55,260 bases of DNA from assembly GCA_041736175.1 (NCBI GenBank), contig JBGSUI010000109.1, positions 1-55,260 of the forward strand, in the 5' to 3' direction. The DNA is from Oligoflexales bacterium (GTDB lineage Bacteria; Bdellovibrionota_B; Oligoflexia; Oligoflexales; CAIYRB01). The translations under genes and the position numbers were made by a program. Numbering within the stretch: position 1 is the first letter of the stretch; each line of letters begins with the position of its first letter. Positions 39,743 through 49,125 of this stretch are shown here, in pieces. Below the pieces are notes generated by a model that saw nothing but the letters and a program-made list of their open reading frames with translations, ran no database searches and had not been told where the DNA came from.

Positions 39743-40915
39743 ATGAATTTTAATTTGCTATTCACTTCGATCTTTTTGTTTCTAAGGGCCTACTTACCCA
39801 TGTTGCTCGCTCTCAACATCTTAAGCGGATGTACAGGTCGGCCCTCAGAGGATTCCGCCATTAAGATCAACGGCAAAACTATCTCGACTTCACAAGCGCC
39901 ATGGGCTGCAGCCTTAAAAAGTAAGAGTGGTGGGAATTGCTCCGGCGTGTTTATCGATGCTCGGACAGTTTTGACGGCTGCACACTGTGTCGAAAAGTCG
40001 GATAAAATTGATTTGATGATCGTTGATAAGAACGGCGCAGTGACCAAAGGTATCAAAGCGACCTCTTTCAAGATCTACGTTCATCCAAAATGGATTTCCG
40101 ACGGAAGGGGTAAGATAGGAGAAGACAAAATGAAGATTGATTTGGCAGTGGTTCATTTTTTAGATGACCAGAGCGAGGATTTCATTAAGCTCGCTCCCGA
40201 TGCAGGAAAAATCAACCTTAGGGCGGAAATTTTTGGATTTGGCCCGAAGTCATGGGGCGGGTCCTACGGCCAACTTCGAGTGGGAATAGCGTATATTTGT
40301 TCATTTCAGTCATGGGGATTTATCGCGGCAACCACTCTTTCAATGAAAGAAGCGACCATTCCCGGTGATTCAGGAGGGCCGATGGTTTCCAACAGCAAAT
40401 TGGTAGGCATTTTGTCGGCGACCGGCCCTAGATTTTCCTATTATGTGAACTTAACTTCAGAATCCTCACAATCATTCTTGAAAGATGCCTGGAATGATCA
40501 TTACACTCCTTTTAACAGAGATACTAAGAAAATTGCTGGAATGTTTAATTGGTCTTTCGGGGCAAAATTAATGGGAGCTAAATTAATGGGTGCTGATTTA
40601 AGAGAAGCTAATTTAACCGGAGCAGATTTAACTGGAGCTGATTTAATAGGAGCTGATTTAACCAGCGCTAACTTAAGCTCCGCCACATTAACGGGAGCTT
40701 ATTTAACTGGAGCCAACTTAACTGGAGCTGACTTAACACTTTCCGATTTAACTAACGCAGATCTCACAAAGGCAAATTTACACCAGACTAAGGTTAATAT
40801 GGCCCAGTTAAATAAAGCCTATACTACAATTCCAGCGTCAGCTTTGGAGAAAGGTTTATCTCCTTGGCTTCGGCACATTCCTTTTAAACCGGAAAATCAA
40901 GTAACCACTAAATGA
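39743..40915 (+). CDS. Trypsin-like serine protease lipoprotein fused to a pentapeptide repeat domain
   Basis: Signal ending LSGC; TAAHC, IDLAV, GDSGGP; about 15 A(D/N)Lxx repeats at the C-terminus. Confidence 0.88.
   Translation: MNFNLLFTSIFLFLRAYLPMLLALNILSGCTGRPSEDSAIKINGKTISTSQAPWAAALKSKSGGNCSGVFIDARTVLTAAHCVEKSDKIDLMIVDKNGAVTKGIKATSFKIYVHPKWISDGRGKIGEDKMKIDLAVVHFLDDQSEDFIKLAPDAGKINLRAEIFGFGPKSWGGSYGQLRVGIAYICSFQSWGFIAATTLSMKEATIPGDSGGPMVSNSKLVGILSATGPRFSYYVNLTSESSQSFLKDAWNDHYTPFNRDTKKIAGMFNWSFGAKLMGAKLMGADLREANLTGADLTGADLIGADLTSANLSSATLTGAYLTGANLTGADLTLSDLTNADLTKANLHQTKVNMAQLNKAYTTIPASALEKGLSPWLRHIPFKPENQVTTK
40559..40783 (+). repeat. Coding 15-bp pentapeptide repeats
   Basis: GAKLM GAKLM GADLR EANLT GADLT GADLI GADLT SANLS SATLT GAYLT GANLT GADLT LSDLT NADLT KANLH. 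Confidence 0.9.
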
Positions 40916-40933
40916 TAGACCGATCCCAGCCCC

Positions 40934-42310
40934 TTATTCACTCGCAGAGCCCGTGACTGAGACGCCGTCTACCAAAAAGTAGGGACTCTCAAAACTCCCG
41001 CTCACCACTTCGGTCTCCGAAGAAACGCCGACGATTTTTTGGGCGATCTCAAAAAAGTTGCCCGAGACCATGGTCTCGATCACAGGCCCACAGTCCTGCC
41101 CGTGGCGGTAAAGGCGGCTTGATTTAGCCACCCCACTAAAACTACCATCCACAGGGTCGGTGCTCCCCGAAAACCGGTCCACCACCAAGACTTGGTCCAG
41201 GTTCAGAATCAGCTCTTCGAGGGTTTTTTGGCCTCCAGCGATCCGGCAACCGAAAGGCCCTCCGGCCGTCGCCGTAGATTTGGTGCCACACTTGCGAGCG
41301 CTATAACAATCATGGAGAATCCGCTGAAGAACTCCGTCCTTGATCAAAGTCTGTTTATGAGTCGGCAGCCCGTCGCCATCAAACGAAGTGGCACCTCTTA
41401 GAAAAGCTTGGTGGGGATCATCGTAGATGGTGACCATGGGGGATAAAACCGCAGATCCCACCCGGTCAGCCCAGCGACTTTTTTGGTCCATCACCTGTCG
41501 ACCGCCCATGTGATACCAGATAAAATCGAGCAAGACATCTGATACAGCCCGTGGACTTAAGACCACCACCCCTTTATAGGTGGGACCTTGGACCGGATTT
41601 AGACTTTTAAGGAGCTTTTCGGCAAACAGAGTGGCCTGGCCTTGGGACAAGGCCACAAGACCTTTTTGGGTCAAACTAAAATAGCTTTCATAGTCCATCC
41701 CCGTGACCTGCTCACCTTCCCGAGCCATACCCATAAACATCCAGTGGGCGACGGCCTGCTGCACTTCTTGGGTGACCCCTGCAGAGTTTACCAGCCCGTT
41801 CCAATCCACATCTAGGGCAATCTCATAGCGATCGAGGGCGATCCGAGGATCTCGGGCCAAGACTGCTAGGGTCTCACCCATAACCCCCTGGAGCTGCTCT
41901 ATGGAAAACTGAGCCAAGGCCTCTTCATAAAGAAAAGGCAGTCCCCGAGCCTTGGGAGCCTCGTCTCGGCCAGGCATCACCAAAAAAGGATCTGCTACAG
42001 AAAACCGGGCGATGGCAAGGGCATCGCTGATGGCGTTTTTAAGTCCGTCTTTAGAGACTGTATTGATGTAGGCTGAGCCCTTTTTTTGGTCCTTATAAAC
42101 CAAGACCCCGACACTGCGCGTCTCGAGGGTACTCGCTAAAGACAACTCGCCGCTCTCGACCACGAGCCGTTTGCTAAAGTTGGTGCCAATGGCAATCTTG
42201 CAGGCATCAGCACCCTGTCTTTTGGCCTCATCAAGGCCCATCTCGGCCAGGATCTGGAGCTGTTTTTGCTGCGTCTTTAGTGATTCAGTCATCTGGGATC
42301 CCACGGTCAT
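40934..42310 (-). CDS. pmbA: TldE/PmbA family metalloprotease subunit
   Basis: FDGDGLPT...LIKDGVL, DPVDGSFSG, ETMVSGNF; lacks HExxxH; follows tldD. Confidence 0.9.
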   Translation of the reverse strand: MTVGSQMTESLKTQQKQLQILAEMGLDEAKRQGADACKIAIGTNFSKRLVVESGELSLASTLETRSVGVLVYKDQKKGSAYINTVSKDGLKNAISDALAIARFSVADPFLVMPGRDEAPKARGLPFLYEEALAQFSIEQLQGVMGETLAVLARDPRIALDRYEIALDVDWNGLVNSAGVTQEVQQAVAHWMFMGMAREGEQVTGMDYESYFSLTQKGLVALSQGQATLFAEKLLKSLNPVQGPTYKGVVVLSPRAVSDVLLDFIWYHMGGRQVMDQKSRWADRVGSAVLSPMVTIYDDPHQAFLRGATSFDGDGLPTHKQTLIKDGVLQRILHDCYSARKCGTKSTATAGGPFGCRIAGGQKTLEELILNLDQVLVVDRFSGSTDPVDGSFSGVAKSSRLYRHGQDCGPVIETMVSGNFFEIAQKIVGVSSETEVVSGSFESPYFLVDGVSVTGSASE

Positions 42311-42357
42311 ATTTTCCCCAAAAGTTTAATGATCTTGTTTAGACTTCAATCTGCGGT

Positions 42358-43740
42358 CTACTGGCCTCCGACCATGATGCGGCAGCGGATATAAGGTCCA
42401 CCCGCATCGACCTTGGCTGCTTGACCCTTGCCGCAATATCCCGTCCCTAGGTCCCACCGAAACTCCTGGCTCACGGCATCCACCGTCTGCATAACGTCAA
42501 AGGCAATCCCCGATAGGGTGGCTTCCCTGAGAAGTTCCATCTTACGCCCCCCTTGGATCCGCCACAGGTGACCGATGCCAAACATAAACTCCCCATTGGC
42601 ATCCGCTTGGCCTCCCCCTGCCCCATCGACTAAATAGCCATCTTCCGTCTTTGCGATCATATCCTCCAGCCGGTCGTGACCTGGACGAATATAGGTGTTG
42701 CGCATACGGATCAACGGCTCGTCGTTGTAGAGCCAGGCCCGGGCGTTTCCCGTGGGAGCCACTTTAAACTCATGGGCGGACTCTCGACTATGGAGATAAG
42801 AGGCGAGGATTCCCTGATCGATGATAACGGTTTCTCCGGTCTCGACACCTTCGTCGTCAAAGGGCAGCGATCCTGCCGCATAGCCAAACAGAGGATCGGT
42901 CCCAGCATCCACCAGAGTCACTAACGGCGAGGCCACCCTTGCACCAATCTTGCCTTGTGCCACGGATCCGGCTTTGACAAAATCGGCCTCGACCGTATGC
43001 CCGATAGCCTCGTGGCATAAAAGTCCCACCACGGCGGGTGCCAGAATCACAGTCTTAAGACCCCCTACTGGATATTTCGCCTTGATAAGATCTACGGCCA
43101 TCTGGGCTGTATGATCGACCGCCTGATCCATGGTGGGATGGGCCATAAGGCATTTCCAGTCGCCCACGACGCCGGCACCATGGCTGCTCGATGCGCGGGA
43201 GCCATCGGATTCTGCTATAGCGCTAAAAGCGATTTCCGGTTGGACAGACTGGAGCGAACAGGCCGCACCGTCGCTGGTTAAGATCACTTTTTCTTCGCGA
43301 ATCTCATTGTAGCGACAGCGGGCGGTATGAATTTTTGTGGAAGCTTTTACCAGTTGGTTTTCGTAGCGAACCACAGATGCCAGCTTGTCGGCGAGGCCCA
43401 TGGAGACGAGTTCTTTATAGCCTGGACTCTGAAAATCCCGTTGGCTAAGGGGACCTCGGGCTAGTTGGACTTTATGTTTACGAGACTTTGCCAGCATAGC
43501 ACCGTTTTTTTCGGCATCCCGGATGGTCCGTTCGATAGCACCTGGGCTCAGATCTGCGGTGGCTGCAAAGCCATAGGCTCCATTCACCAACGCCCGCACC
43601 CCGAGGCCCTCAATCACTGAGCTGTTGGCCACATCCACCCGACCTTTGGTCGCCACAAAAGAGTGGGTGGTACGACGGTGCCAGCGAAGCTCGATCATAT
43701 TCTGTTTACTTACAAGATACTTTCTTAATTCGTCTTTCAT
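42358..43740 (-). CDS. tldD: TldD family metalloprotease
   Basis: HEAIGHTVEAD, FDDEG, TGNAR, PLIRMRNT, YCGKGQ. Confidence 0.93.
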   Translation of the reverse strand: MKDELRKYLVSKQNMIELRWHRRTTHSFVATKGRVDVANSSVIEGLGVRALVNGAYGFAATADLSPGAIERTIRDAEKNGAMLAKSRKHKVQLARGPLSQRDFQSPGYKELVSMGLADKLASVVRYENQLVKASTKIHTARCRYNEIREEKVILTSDGAACSLQSVQPEIAFSAIAESDGSRASSSHGAGVVGDWKCLMAHPTMDQAVDHTAQMAVDLIKAKYPVGGLKTVILAPAVVGLLCHEAIGHTVEADFVKAGSVAQGKIGARVASPLVTLVDAGTDPLFGYAAGSLPFDDEGVETGETVIIDQGILASYLHSRESAHEFKVAPTGNARAWLYNDEPLIRMRNTYIRPGHDRLEDMIAKTEDGYLVDGAGGGQADANGEFMFGIGHLWRIQGGRKMELLREATLSGIAFDVMQTVDAVSQEFRWDLGTGYCGKGQAAKVDAGGPYIRCRIMVGGQ

Positions 43741-43820
43741 ACCTGGCCCCTTTTACGAGATCTCTTTGGCATCTTTGGTCTATGATTTTAAATCGACCCA
43801 CTATGACCCACTCTAACCCA

Positions 43821-44699
43821 CTATCCTAGGGAGCGGGCTAAATTGATCGGGTGCGCCCGTACAAACCGAATCCGGTCTCCGTAGTTTAGTAGCTCTACCC
43901 CATGCTGCCCATCCAGAGCTAAGATGGCATTCTGGCATCGGTTTTCGATTTCAAAGGGGGTGCTATCAGGATCAAAAAGACCCCCATCAAAACGAGGTGG
44001 CGGATTGGACAAGCGATAGAGTTCCCGCACTCGATACTGGGCCAGGGTGTCCGTCCCGGGACGTTTTTCGCCGCCCGCTGCAAAAATAGCGGCCGTGCTG
44101 CCCACACCTGTAGCAATCCAAATGCCGCTGGACCTGTGAAGCTCCGTGTCGTTATCGACGTTTAACCGGTAGCGGGTCGTCGCTGCGGGATTGGCATTGG
44201 CATAGAGAAAGTCATTAAGGATGGGCTCCGTCGTAAACTCCTCCGTGCGGTCAGTCCGCCGAATCATAGCCTTAACCCGGGGGATCGATTCGGTACGAAC
44301 CGTGTCACAGACTAAGGACTGTATGACACGGTCTTCTTCACCAGGCCCCGCACAGCATAGATAGCCCACACTGGAATGGGATGAGCGAATCCCGACGATA
44401 CGTCCACCGTCAGGCATCTGGTGGGAGGCCGCAAGAAGGGTCCCATCGCCACCGATGGTAATGATCGTGTCTCCTTGATCCGAGGACGTGCGACGTTTTT
44501 CTCTGGACACCTCCTCATAGGGAACGCCCGCTTCCTTGAGGAGTTTTTTAACAGTCTTAAGAGTCTTGTAATGTTCGCCGTGGGCTGTTCGTAGGCGGTC
44601 CAGGGCATCCTGGGAGACCACTCCACGGGCCACCTTGGCCTCGGTTGTCTCTCCGTGCAGCTCATAGTTGGTGATTTTTGTCACGATAAGAACGCCCAT
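43821..44699 (-). CDS. nadK: NAD(+)/NADH kinase
   Basis: IGGDGTLL, ILND, SSGIWIATGVGSTA, ALDG. Confidence 0.88.
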   Translation of the reverse strand: MGVLIVTKITNYELHGETTEAKVARGVVSQDALDRLRTAHGEHYKTLKTVKKLLKEAGVPYEEVSREKRRTSSDQGDTIITIGGDGTLLAASHQMPDGGRIVGIRSSHSSVGYLCCAGPGEEDRVIQSLVCDTVRTESIPRVKAMIRRTDRTEEFTTEPILNDFLYANANPAATTRYRLNVDNDTELHRSSGIWIATGVGSTAAIFAAGGEKRPGTDTLAQYRVRELYRLSNPPPRFDGGLFDPDSTPFEIENRCQNAILALDGQHGVELLNYGDRIRFVRAHPINLARSLG

Positions 44700-44716
44700 T
44701 GGATTCCCTTTGAGGA

Positions 44717-46342
44717 CTAGCTGTTGGGATCTGCCCCGTCTTGACTGCCATCGCCTTCTTTAGATTTTTGGTCTAGCTCTAGGTAAGAGGGATTGATCCA
44801 AATCTTTCCACGGCGCTCCAGATCGGCATTAGCCTGCTTTTCGTACATTTCTACGAGCTGGGAGCTTTCCGAATAAGCAGCCATCATCCTTAGCTCGCGT
44901 TTTTTGGCGCTGTCAAACTTACTCATATCTGCTTCCTTGCGCCCTTTGAGTCGTACGATAAACAGATTGCCACGGACATCGATGGCTTGGGGATAGAGAT
45001 CTTGGGGCTTAGCCAAAGAAGAAAGAGCTTCGAGGACTTCTGGGCTACTGCCGATTCCTGGGATAAACTTAGCGTCTTGGCTCAAGTCTGTGGCCTCAGC
45101 CCAAGAGAGCTTGTACTCGGCTAAGAGGGCCTCCGCAGGTTGGCCCGCTTTGAGTTGGGCCAGCACTTTATCAGCCTGCTCCTTTGCCAGGGCAGGTTTT
45201 TTTTCTTTTGCCAGGATCCCTTCCGCTAAGGTGCGCTGGACATCCTCAAGCTTTTGGTCTACGGCAGGAATCTTGCCTTCCACCTTGACGATATGAAACC
45301 CTGAAGGGGTCTCCACGAGTCCACTGATCCCACCAGGCTCAAGGGCAAAGGCCGCGTCCGTCAGCGCGGGGTCCATACGCCCCTTTTCGAATTCGCCGAG
45401 ATCTCCGCCATTGGTCTTGCCCACGGCCTCATCGGTCGATTCTTTGGCTATTTGCACAAAATCCGCCTGGGGGGCTTTGACCTTTGCGAGCAACTCTTCT
45501 GCCCGCTTTTTAGCTTCGTCTTTGGTGCGTTTGGCTGCTTCGGGCACGACATTGCGAGTGCCCTGAAATCCAATCAAGATATGCCGGGCCTTGACCCGTT
45601 CGGGTTTTTTATAGTCCTTGATATTTTGGTCGTAAGCATCTTTGACCCGCATCTTGCCTTGGTCTTCGCTGAGAAACTTATCCACCTCGGGAGCCGTAAC
45701 CGTGACCCCAATCGTCTGGGGGTCGACCTTGATATAGGAGAGATCGACCTTGGTCTCCGCAGCTCTAAAGTCAAGCTCCGCGACCTTAGTCGATGTAACG
45801 AGAGAGTCTGCTACGATGCGCCGAAATCTTTGGGCCGCAAGCTGCCGTCTGATTTCATTCATGAGAGAGGCTTCGGTATATCCTTGGCTACTCAGGATTT
45901 GGTTGTACCGCTCCTCGCTAAACTGGCCCTTTTCGTCGTTAAAGACTGCCTCCCGCTTTAGGGTCTCCAGGACTTCTTCGTCGGACGCATCAAATCCCAA
46001 ACTCACTGCTTTTTGGTAGAGGACCCGTTCGTCCACAAGCTCATTGATCACCATCTGGGAGAGCTGAAAGACTTTTGGGTCAAAGGCTTCGGAATACATC
46101 CGTTGGTACCGCTCAAAGGTCCTACTGTAGGCCCTTCGGAATTCGTTTCGAGTAATCTCCTCCCGCCCTACTTTGGCAGGATTTCCAGAAACTATTTGGT
46201 TCACCTGCATTGAATTGGGGTTGCAAACCCCAAAAAAGGTCATCGCTCCCAAGGCAACTAGAAGAACCGAGTAAACCCCGGCATTCTTCTTAATTTTATC
46301 ACCATCAAGCCCATCAAGCGTTTTGCCAGTCGATCGCCACAT
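44717..46342 (-). CDS. PpiD/SurA-type parvulin peptidyl-prolyl isomerase with N-terminal anchor
   Basis: N-terminal TM, SurA_N-like region, VKARHILI, GGDLG, VETPSGFHIVK. Confidence 0.88.
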   Translation of the reverse strand: MWRSTGKTLDGLDGDKIKKNAGVYSVLLVALGAMTFFGVCNPNSMQVNQIVSGNPAKVGREEITRNEFRRAYSRTFERYQRMYSEAFDPKVFQLSQMVINELVDERVLYQKAVSLGFDASDEEVLETLKREAVFNDEKGQFSEERYNQILSSQGYTEASLMNEIRRQLAAQRFRRIVADSLVTSTKVAELDFRAAETKVDLSYIKVDPQTIGVTVTAPEVDKFLSEDQGKMRVKDAYDQNIKDYKKPERVKARHILIGFQGTRNVVPEAAKRTKDEAKKRAEELLAKVKAPQADFVQIAKESTDEAVGKTNGGDLGEFEKGRMDPALTDAAFALEPGGISGLVETPSGFHIVKVEGKIPAVDQKLEDVQRTLAEGILAKEKKPALAKEQADKVLAQLKAGQPAEALLAEYKLSWAEATDLSQDAKFIPGIGSSPEVLEALSSLAKPQDLYPQAIDVRGNLFIVRLKGRKEADMSKFDSAKKRELRMMAAYSESSQLVEMYEKQANADLERRGKIWINPSYLELDQKSKEGDGSQDGADPNS

Positions 46343-46410
46343 GCCTTACCTCCGGTACATTCCTAAGACTTAGACTCTAACAAAGGTAGGGCGATCCTGC
46401 TGCAAAATAT

Positions 46411-47427
46411 TTAGGGGGTGGCCTTCGGCGGAATCTTTATCAGAGAAGCCAAGACCGACAAGCCTAGGATGGCACCGATGATCCCCAGGGACCAACTGAT
46501 GGGAAACTTGCCACCAAAGAGTTCGTTGAGCCAAGTCATCTTCAAACCGACAAAGATCAAGATAAAGCCCAAACCATATTTAAGGTACCGAAACCGGTCG
46601 ACGATATCAGCAAGGACAAAGTAAAGGGACCGCAAACCTAAGATTGCAAAGATATTAGAGGTGAAAACAATAAAGGGCTCGTTGGTCACCGCAAAAATAG
46701 CTGGTACCGAATCAATCGCAAAGATGATGTCAGAAACCTCGATAAAGACCAAAGCAAGAAAGAGTGGAGTCGCAAAAAGGATTTTGTCCTTGCGCACAAA
46801 AAACTTTGAGCCGTGGAACTCATGGGTGACGGGAATTATCTTTTTTATTAGTTTAATCAGTGGGTTTGCTCCTGGGTCGGGCTTTTTATCTGGAGCAAAC
46901 AGAATCTTAACCCCTGTCAGGACCAAAAACACACCTGCGACGATCACGACCCAGTGGTACTGGAGCAGCGACGCGCCCAGTGCGATAAAAAGGGCCCGAA
47001 ACACTAACGCTCCTAGGATCCCGTAAAATAAGATGCGATGTTGGTAAATCGCGGGCACTGCAAAGTAACTAAAAACCACAACAAACACGAAAATATTGTC
47101 AATGGCTAAAGCTTTTTCGATGATATAGCCCGTTAAAAACTCGAGACCAACCTGCTTTGCTGCCCCTTGGGGATCAAACCCAGGAATCGCTAAAAGGCGT
47201 GGGTCGGTGGTAAAGGTTGCCGACGCGTAGTAGTAGAGGCCAACATTAAACAGCAAGGCCAGGCTGATCCATACCACGCTCCACAGGGCGGACTCCTTGA
47301 TCGATACCACATGGGCTTTGCGGTGGAACACCCCAAGGTCCAAGAGAAGGAGCGCCATCACGAGACCGATAAAGCTTCCATAGAGCCACCAGTAGTCCCC
47401 CCAGGGAAACAAAGACACTTCTGACAT
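46411..47427 (-). CDS. TerC/Alx family membrane protein
   Basis: EKALAIDNIFVF, QHRILFYGILGA, DIIFAIDSVPA, SNIFAILGLRSLYF. Confidence 0.93.
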   Translation of the reverse strand: MSEVSLFPWGDYWWLYGSFIGLVMALLLLDLGVFHRKAHVVSIKESALWSVVWISLALLFNVGLYYYASATFTTDPRLLAIPGFDPQGAAKQVGLEFLTGYIIEKALAIDNIFVFVVVFSYFAVPAIYQHRILFYGILGALVFRALFIALGASLLQYHWVVIVAGVFLVLTGVKILFAPDKKPDPGANPLIKLIKKIIPVTHEFHGSKFFVRKDKILFATPLFLALVFIEVSDIIFAIDSVPAIFAVTNEPFIVFTSNIFAILGLRSLYFVLADIVDRFRYLKYGLGFILIFVGLKMTWLNELFGGKFPISWSLGIIGAILGLSVLASLIKIPPKATP

Positions 47428-47666
47428 AGATCCTCCTTATCAGGTTGTTGGGGGCACTGAACTCCAGTCTCCCCTATCGTGAAAAGAGTATCGGTTGGCC
47501 GATCAATTTGTTAAAATTGATATTAATAAAATTCTCATTCGTTTTAAACAAAGCTGATAAGGAGTGGTGTAAGGTCCCAAAATCCCCTATATTAATGAAT
47601 GCTAGTCCCATCAACGGTCTCCGAGGCTTCGATAAAAGAAACAAACAAGGAACCTAGAATTTCTTT

Positions 47667-48557
47667 ATGAAAGACAGCTTTAAAAGATTTGCCACATTTT
47701 TTATGCTCGCCAGCGCGCTCGTGGCCCCGTTTATTTTCTTTTCTTCACCCCTGAGATCTTGGCAAAATCCCCACTGGTTTTTTACACTCCTTCAAGATGC
47801 TATCCACCCCGTCGAAAGGGTCTGGCATAACACAACCGAAGGCGTTACCAGCTGGTGGCATACCTATATCAACCTCACCCGAGCTGCTGGGGAAAACGAC
47901 GAGCTCAAACAAAAGTTAAACCAACTCGAAGCCCGAATTTTAGCCTTTGACGAGCAGATGCTCGAAAATCAACGCTTGCGAAAACTCCTTGGGTTTTCTA
48001 GTCGATCTGAAAAAAAACTCCTGGCCGCCGAAGTCGTCGGCCACAACCCTTTTGCGACCTTCGAAGCCCTGCGTATCAGCCGCGGCGCTCTTGACGGGAT
48101 CAGGGCCGGGATGCCTGTGGTTGCCGCTGATGGAATCGTAGGCAAAATCATCCGGGCTGGTCAGACGTTTTCTGACGTACAGCTCCTCGTCGATTCGGAT
48201 TTTCATATGGATGTCTTGCTCCAACGTACAAGAGTGCGTGGGGTTTTGTCAGGAGCCACCAAAGGCCACTGCATCCTTCAGCTCCATAAGCGAGTCGAAA
48301 TCCGTATCGGCGATACCCTGATCACCTCGGGGATCGTAGGTGGATATCCCAAAGGGTTGCCCGTAGGACGGGTGATTCGCATCACCCACGAAACCGAAAA
48401 TGTCGCCCAATCCGTCACCGTTGAGCCATGGGTTGACCACCGCCGCCTCGAAGAGGTGATGGTTATTGTCAGCCCCGATCCCGAACTGGAGACGATCCTC
48501 GAGGCTGGGGGGCCCCAATGGTCCCAAAGGGCTTTAAACAAGCATTTGGGGGAGTGA
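47667..48557 (+). CDS. mreC: Rod shape-determining protein MreC
   Basis: TM plus coiled coil ENQRLRKLLGF, GIVGKI, ITSGIVGGYPKGLPVG. Confidence 0.93.
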   Translation: MKDSFKRFATFFMLASALVAPFIFFSSPLRSWQNPHWFFTLLQDAIHPVERVWHNTTEGVTSWWHTYINLTRAAGENDELKQKLNQLEARILAFDEQMLENQRLRKLLGFSSRSEKKLLAAEVVGHNPFATFEALRISRGALDGIRAGMPVVAADGIVGKIIRAGQTFSDVQLLVDSDFHMDVLLQRTRVRGVLSGATKGHCILQLHKRVEIRIGDTLITSGIVGGYPKGLPVGRVIRITHETENVAQSVTVEPWVDHRRLEEVMVIVSPDPELETILEAGGPQWSQRALNKHLGE

Positions 48558-48558
48558 C

Positions 48559-49125
48559 ATGCCAGCTCAGACTCCCTGGATCATCCCCACTCCTTTTGCC
48601 AACTTTAAAGAGCTCTTAAAAGTCCGTCCTTATACGGGGTCCCTGCGGAAAGATATTTTTTATTTGTTTATTATCTGTGCGATCCACCAATCGATCCTCC
48701 CCTCGATCGTAGGTCGGTATCACCTCGTGGACCTTATGACCCCTTGGCTTATCGTAACCTTGGTGGTGGCCCCCCTCGGGCGAGGACTGCTTCTGACGAT
48801 CCTCGGGGCCCTTCTGATGGAAACCGGCAGCACAGCACCTGCAGGAATGTATTTGACCGCCTTTTGGATGATTGCCACTGGAGTGTTCCTGTCCAAGGCC
48901 AGCTTGTCATGGCGGCATTATTTTCCCTGGATCGTGACCCTGACCATTGCCGAACTTTGGATTATTTTGTTTGAACTCTTTGTCAACGCCGTTATACTAA
49001 ACAATTTTGAATTCACGCTACAGGATTTTGCAATCCAAAGCACAAGACTCGGCTTTGGAATCGCATTAGGCATGGTGTTATGCCATCGATTTCGAACCGG
49101 TGATGACCCTGTGGGGAACTTCTGA
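48559..49125 (+). CDS. mreD: MreD-like membrane protein
   Basis: Small polytopic membrane protein between mreC and mrdA; mostly a positional call. Confidence 0.65.
   Translation: MPAQTPWIIPTPFANFKELLKVRPYTGSLRKDIFYLFIICAIHQSILPSIVGRYHLVDLMTPWLIVTLVVAPLGRGLLLTILGALLMETGSTAPAGMYLTAFWMIATGVFLSKASLSWRHYFPWIVTLTIAELWIILFELFVNAVILNNFEFTLQDFAIQSTRLGFGIALGMVLCHRFRTGDDPVGNF

Noticed and set aside
39297..41291. Diversity-generating retroelement template/variable repeat pair
   Set aside because: Mismatches are not adenine-specific but concentrated at third codon positions, and there is no reverse transcriptase in the window.
40934..43740. TldD/TldE as part of a RiPP cluster with the CGPQG protein
   Set aside because: They lie in a housekeeping run with nadK and a PPIase, about 10 kb away, with no YcaO, radical SAM or transporter genes.
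47428..47490. Possible riboswitch (yybP-ykoY or fluoride) upstream of terC; minus strand GGGGAGACTGGAGTTCAGTGCCCCC can form a hairpin
   Set aside because: I could not find the yybP-ykoY conserved loops or four-way junction, nor the downstream ACTCC pseudoknot partner needed for a fluoride riboswitch. An Infernal scan would settle it.
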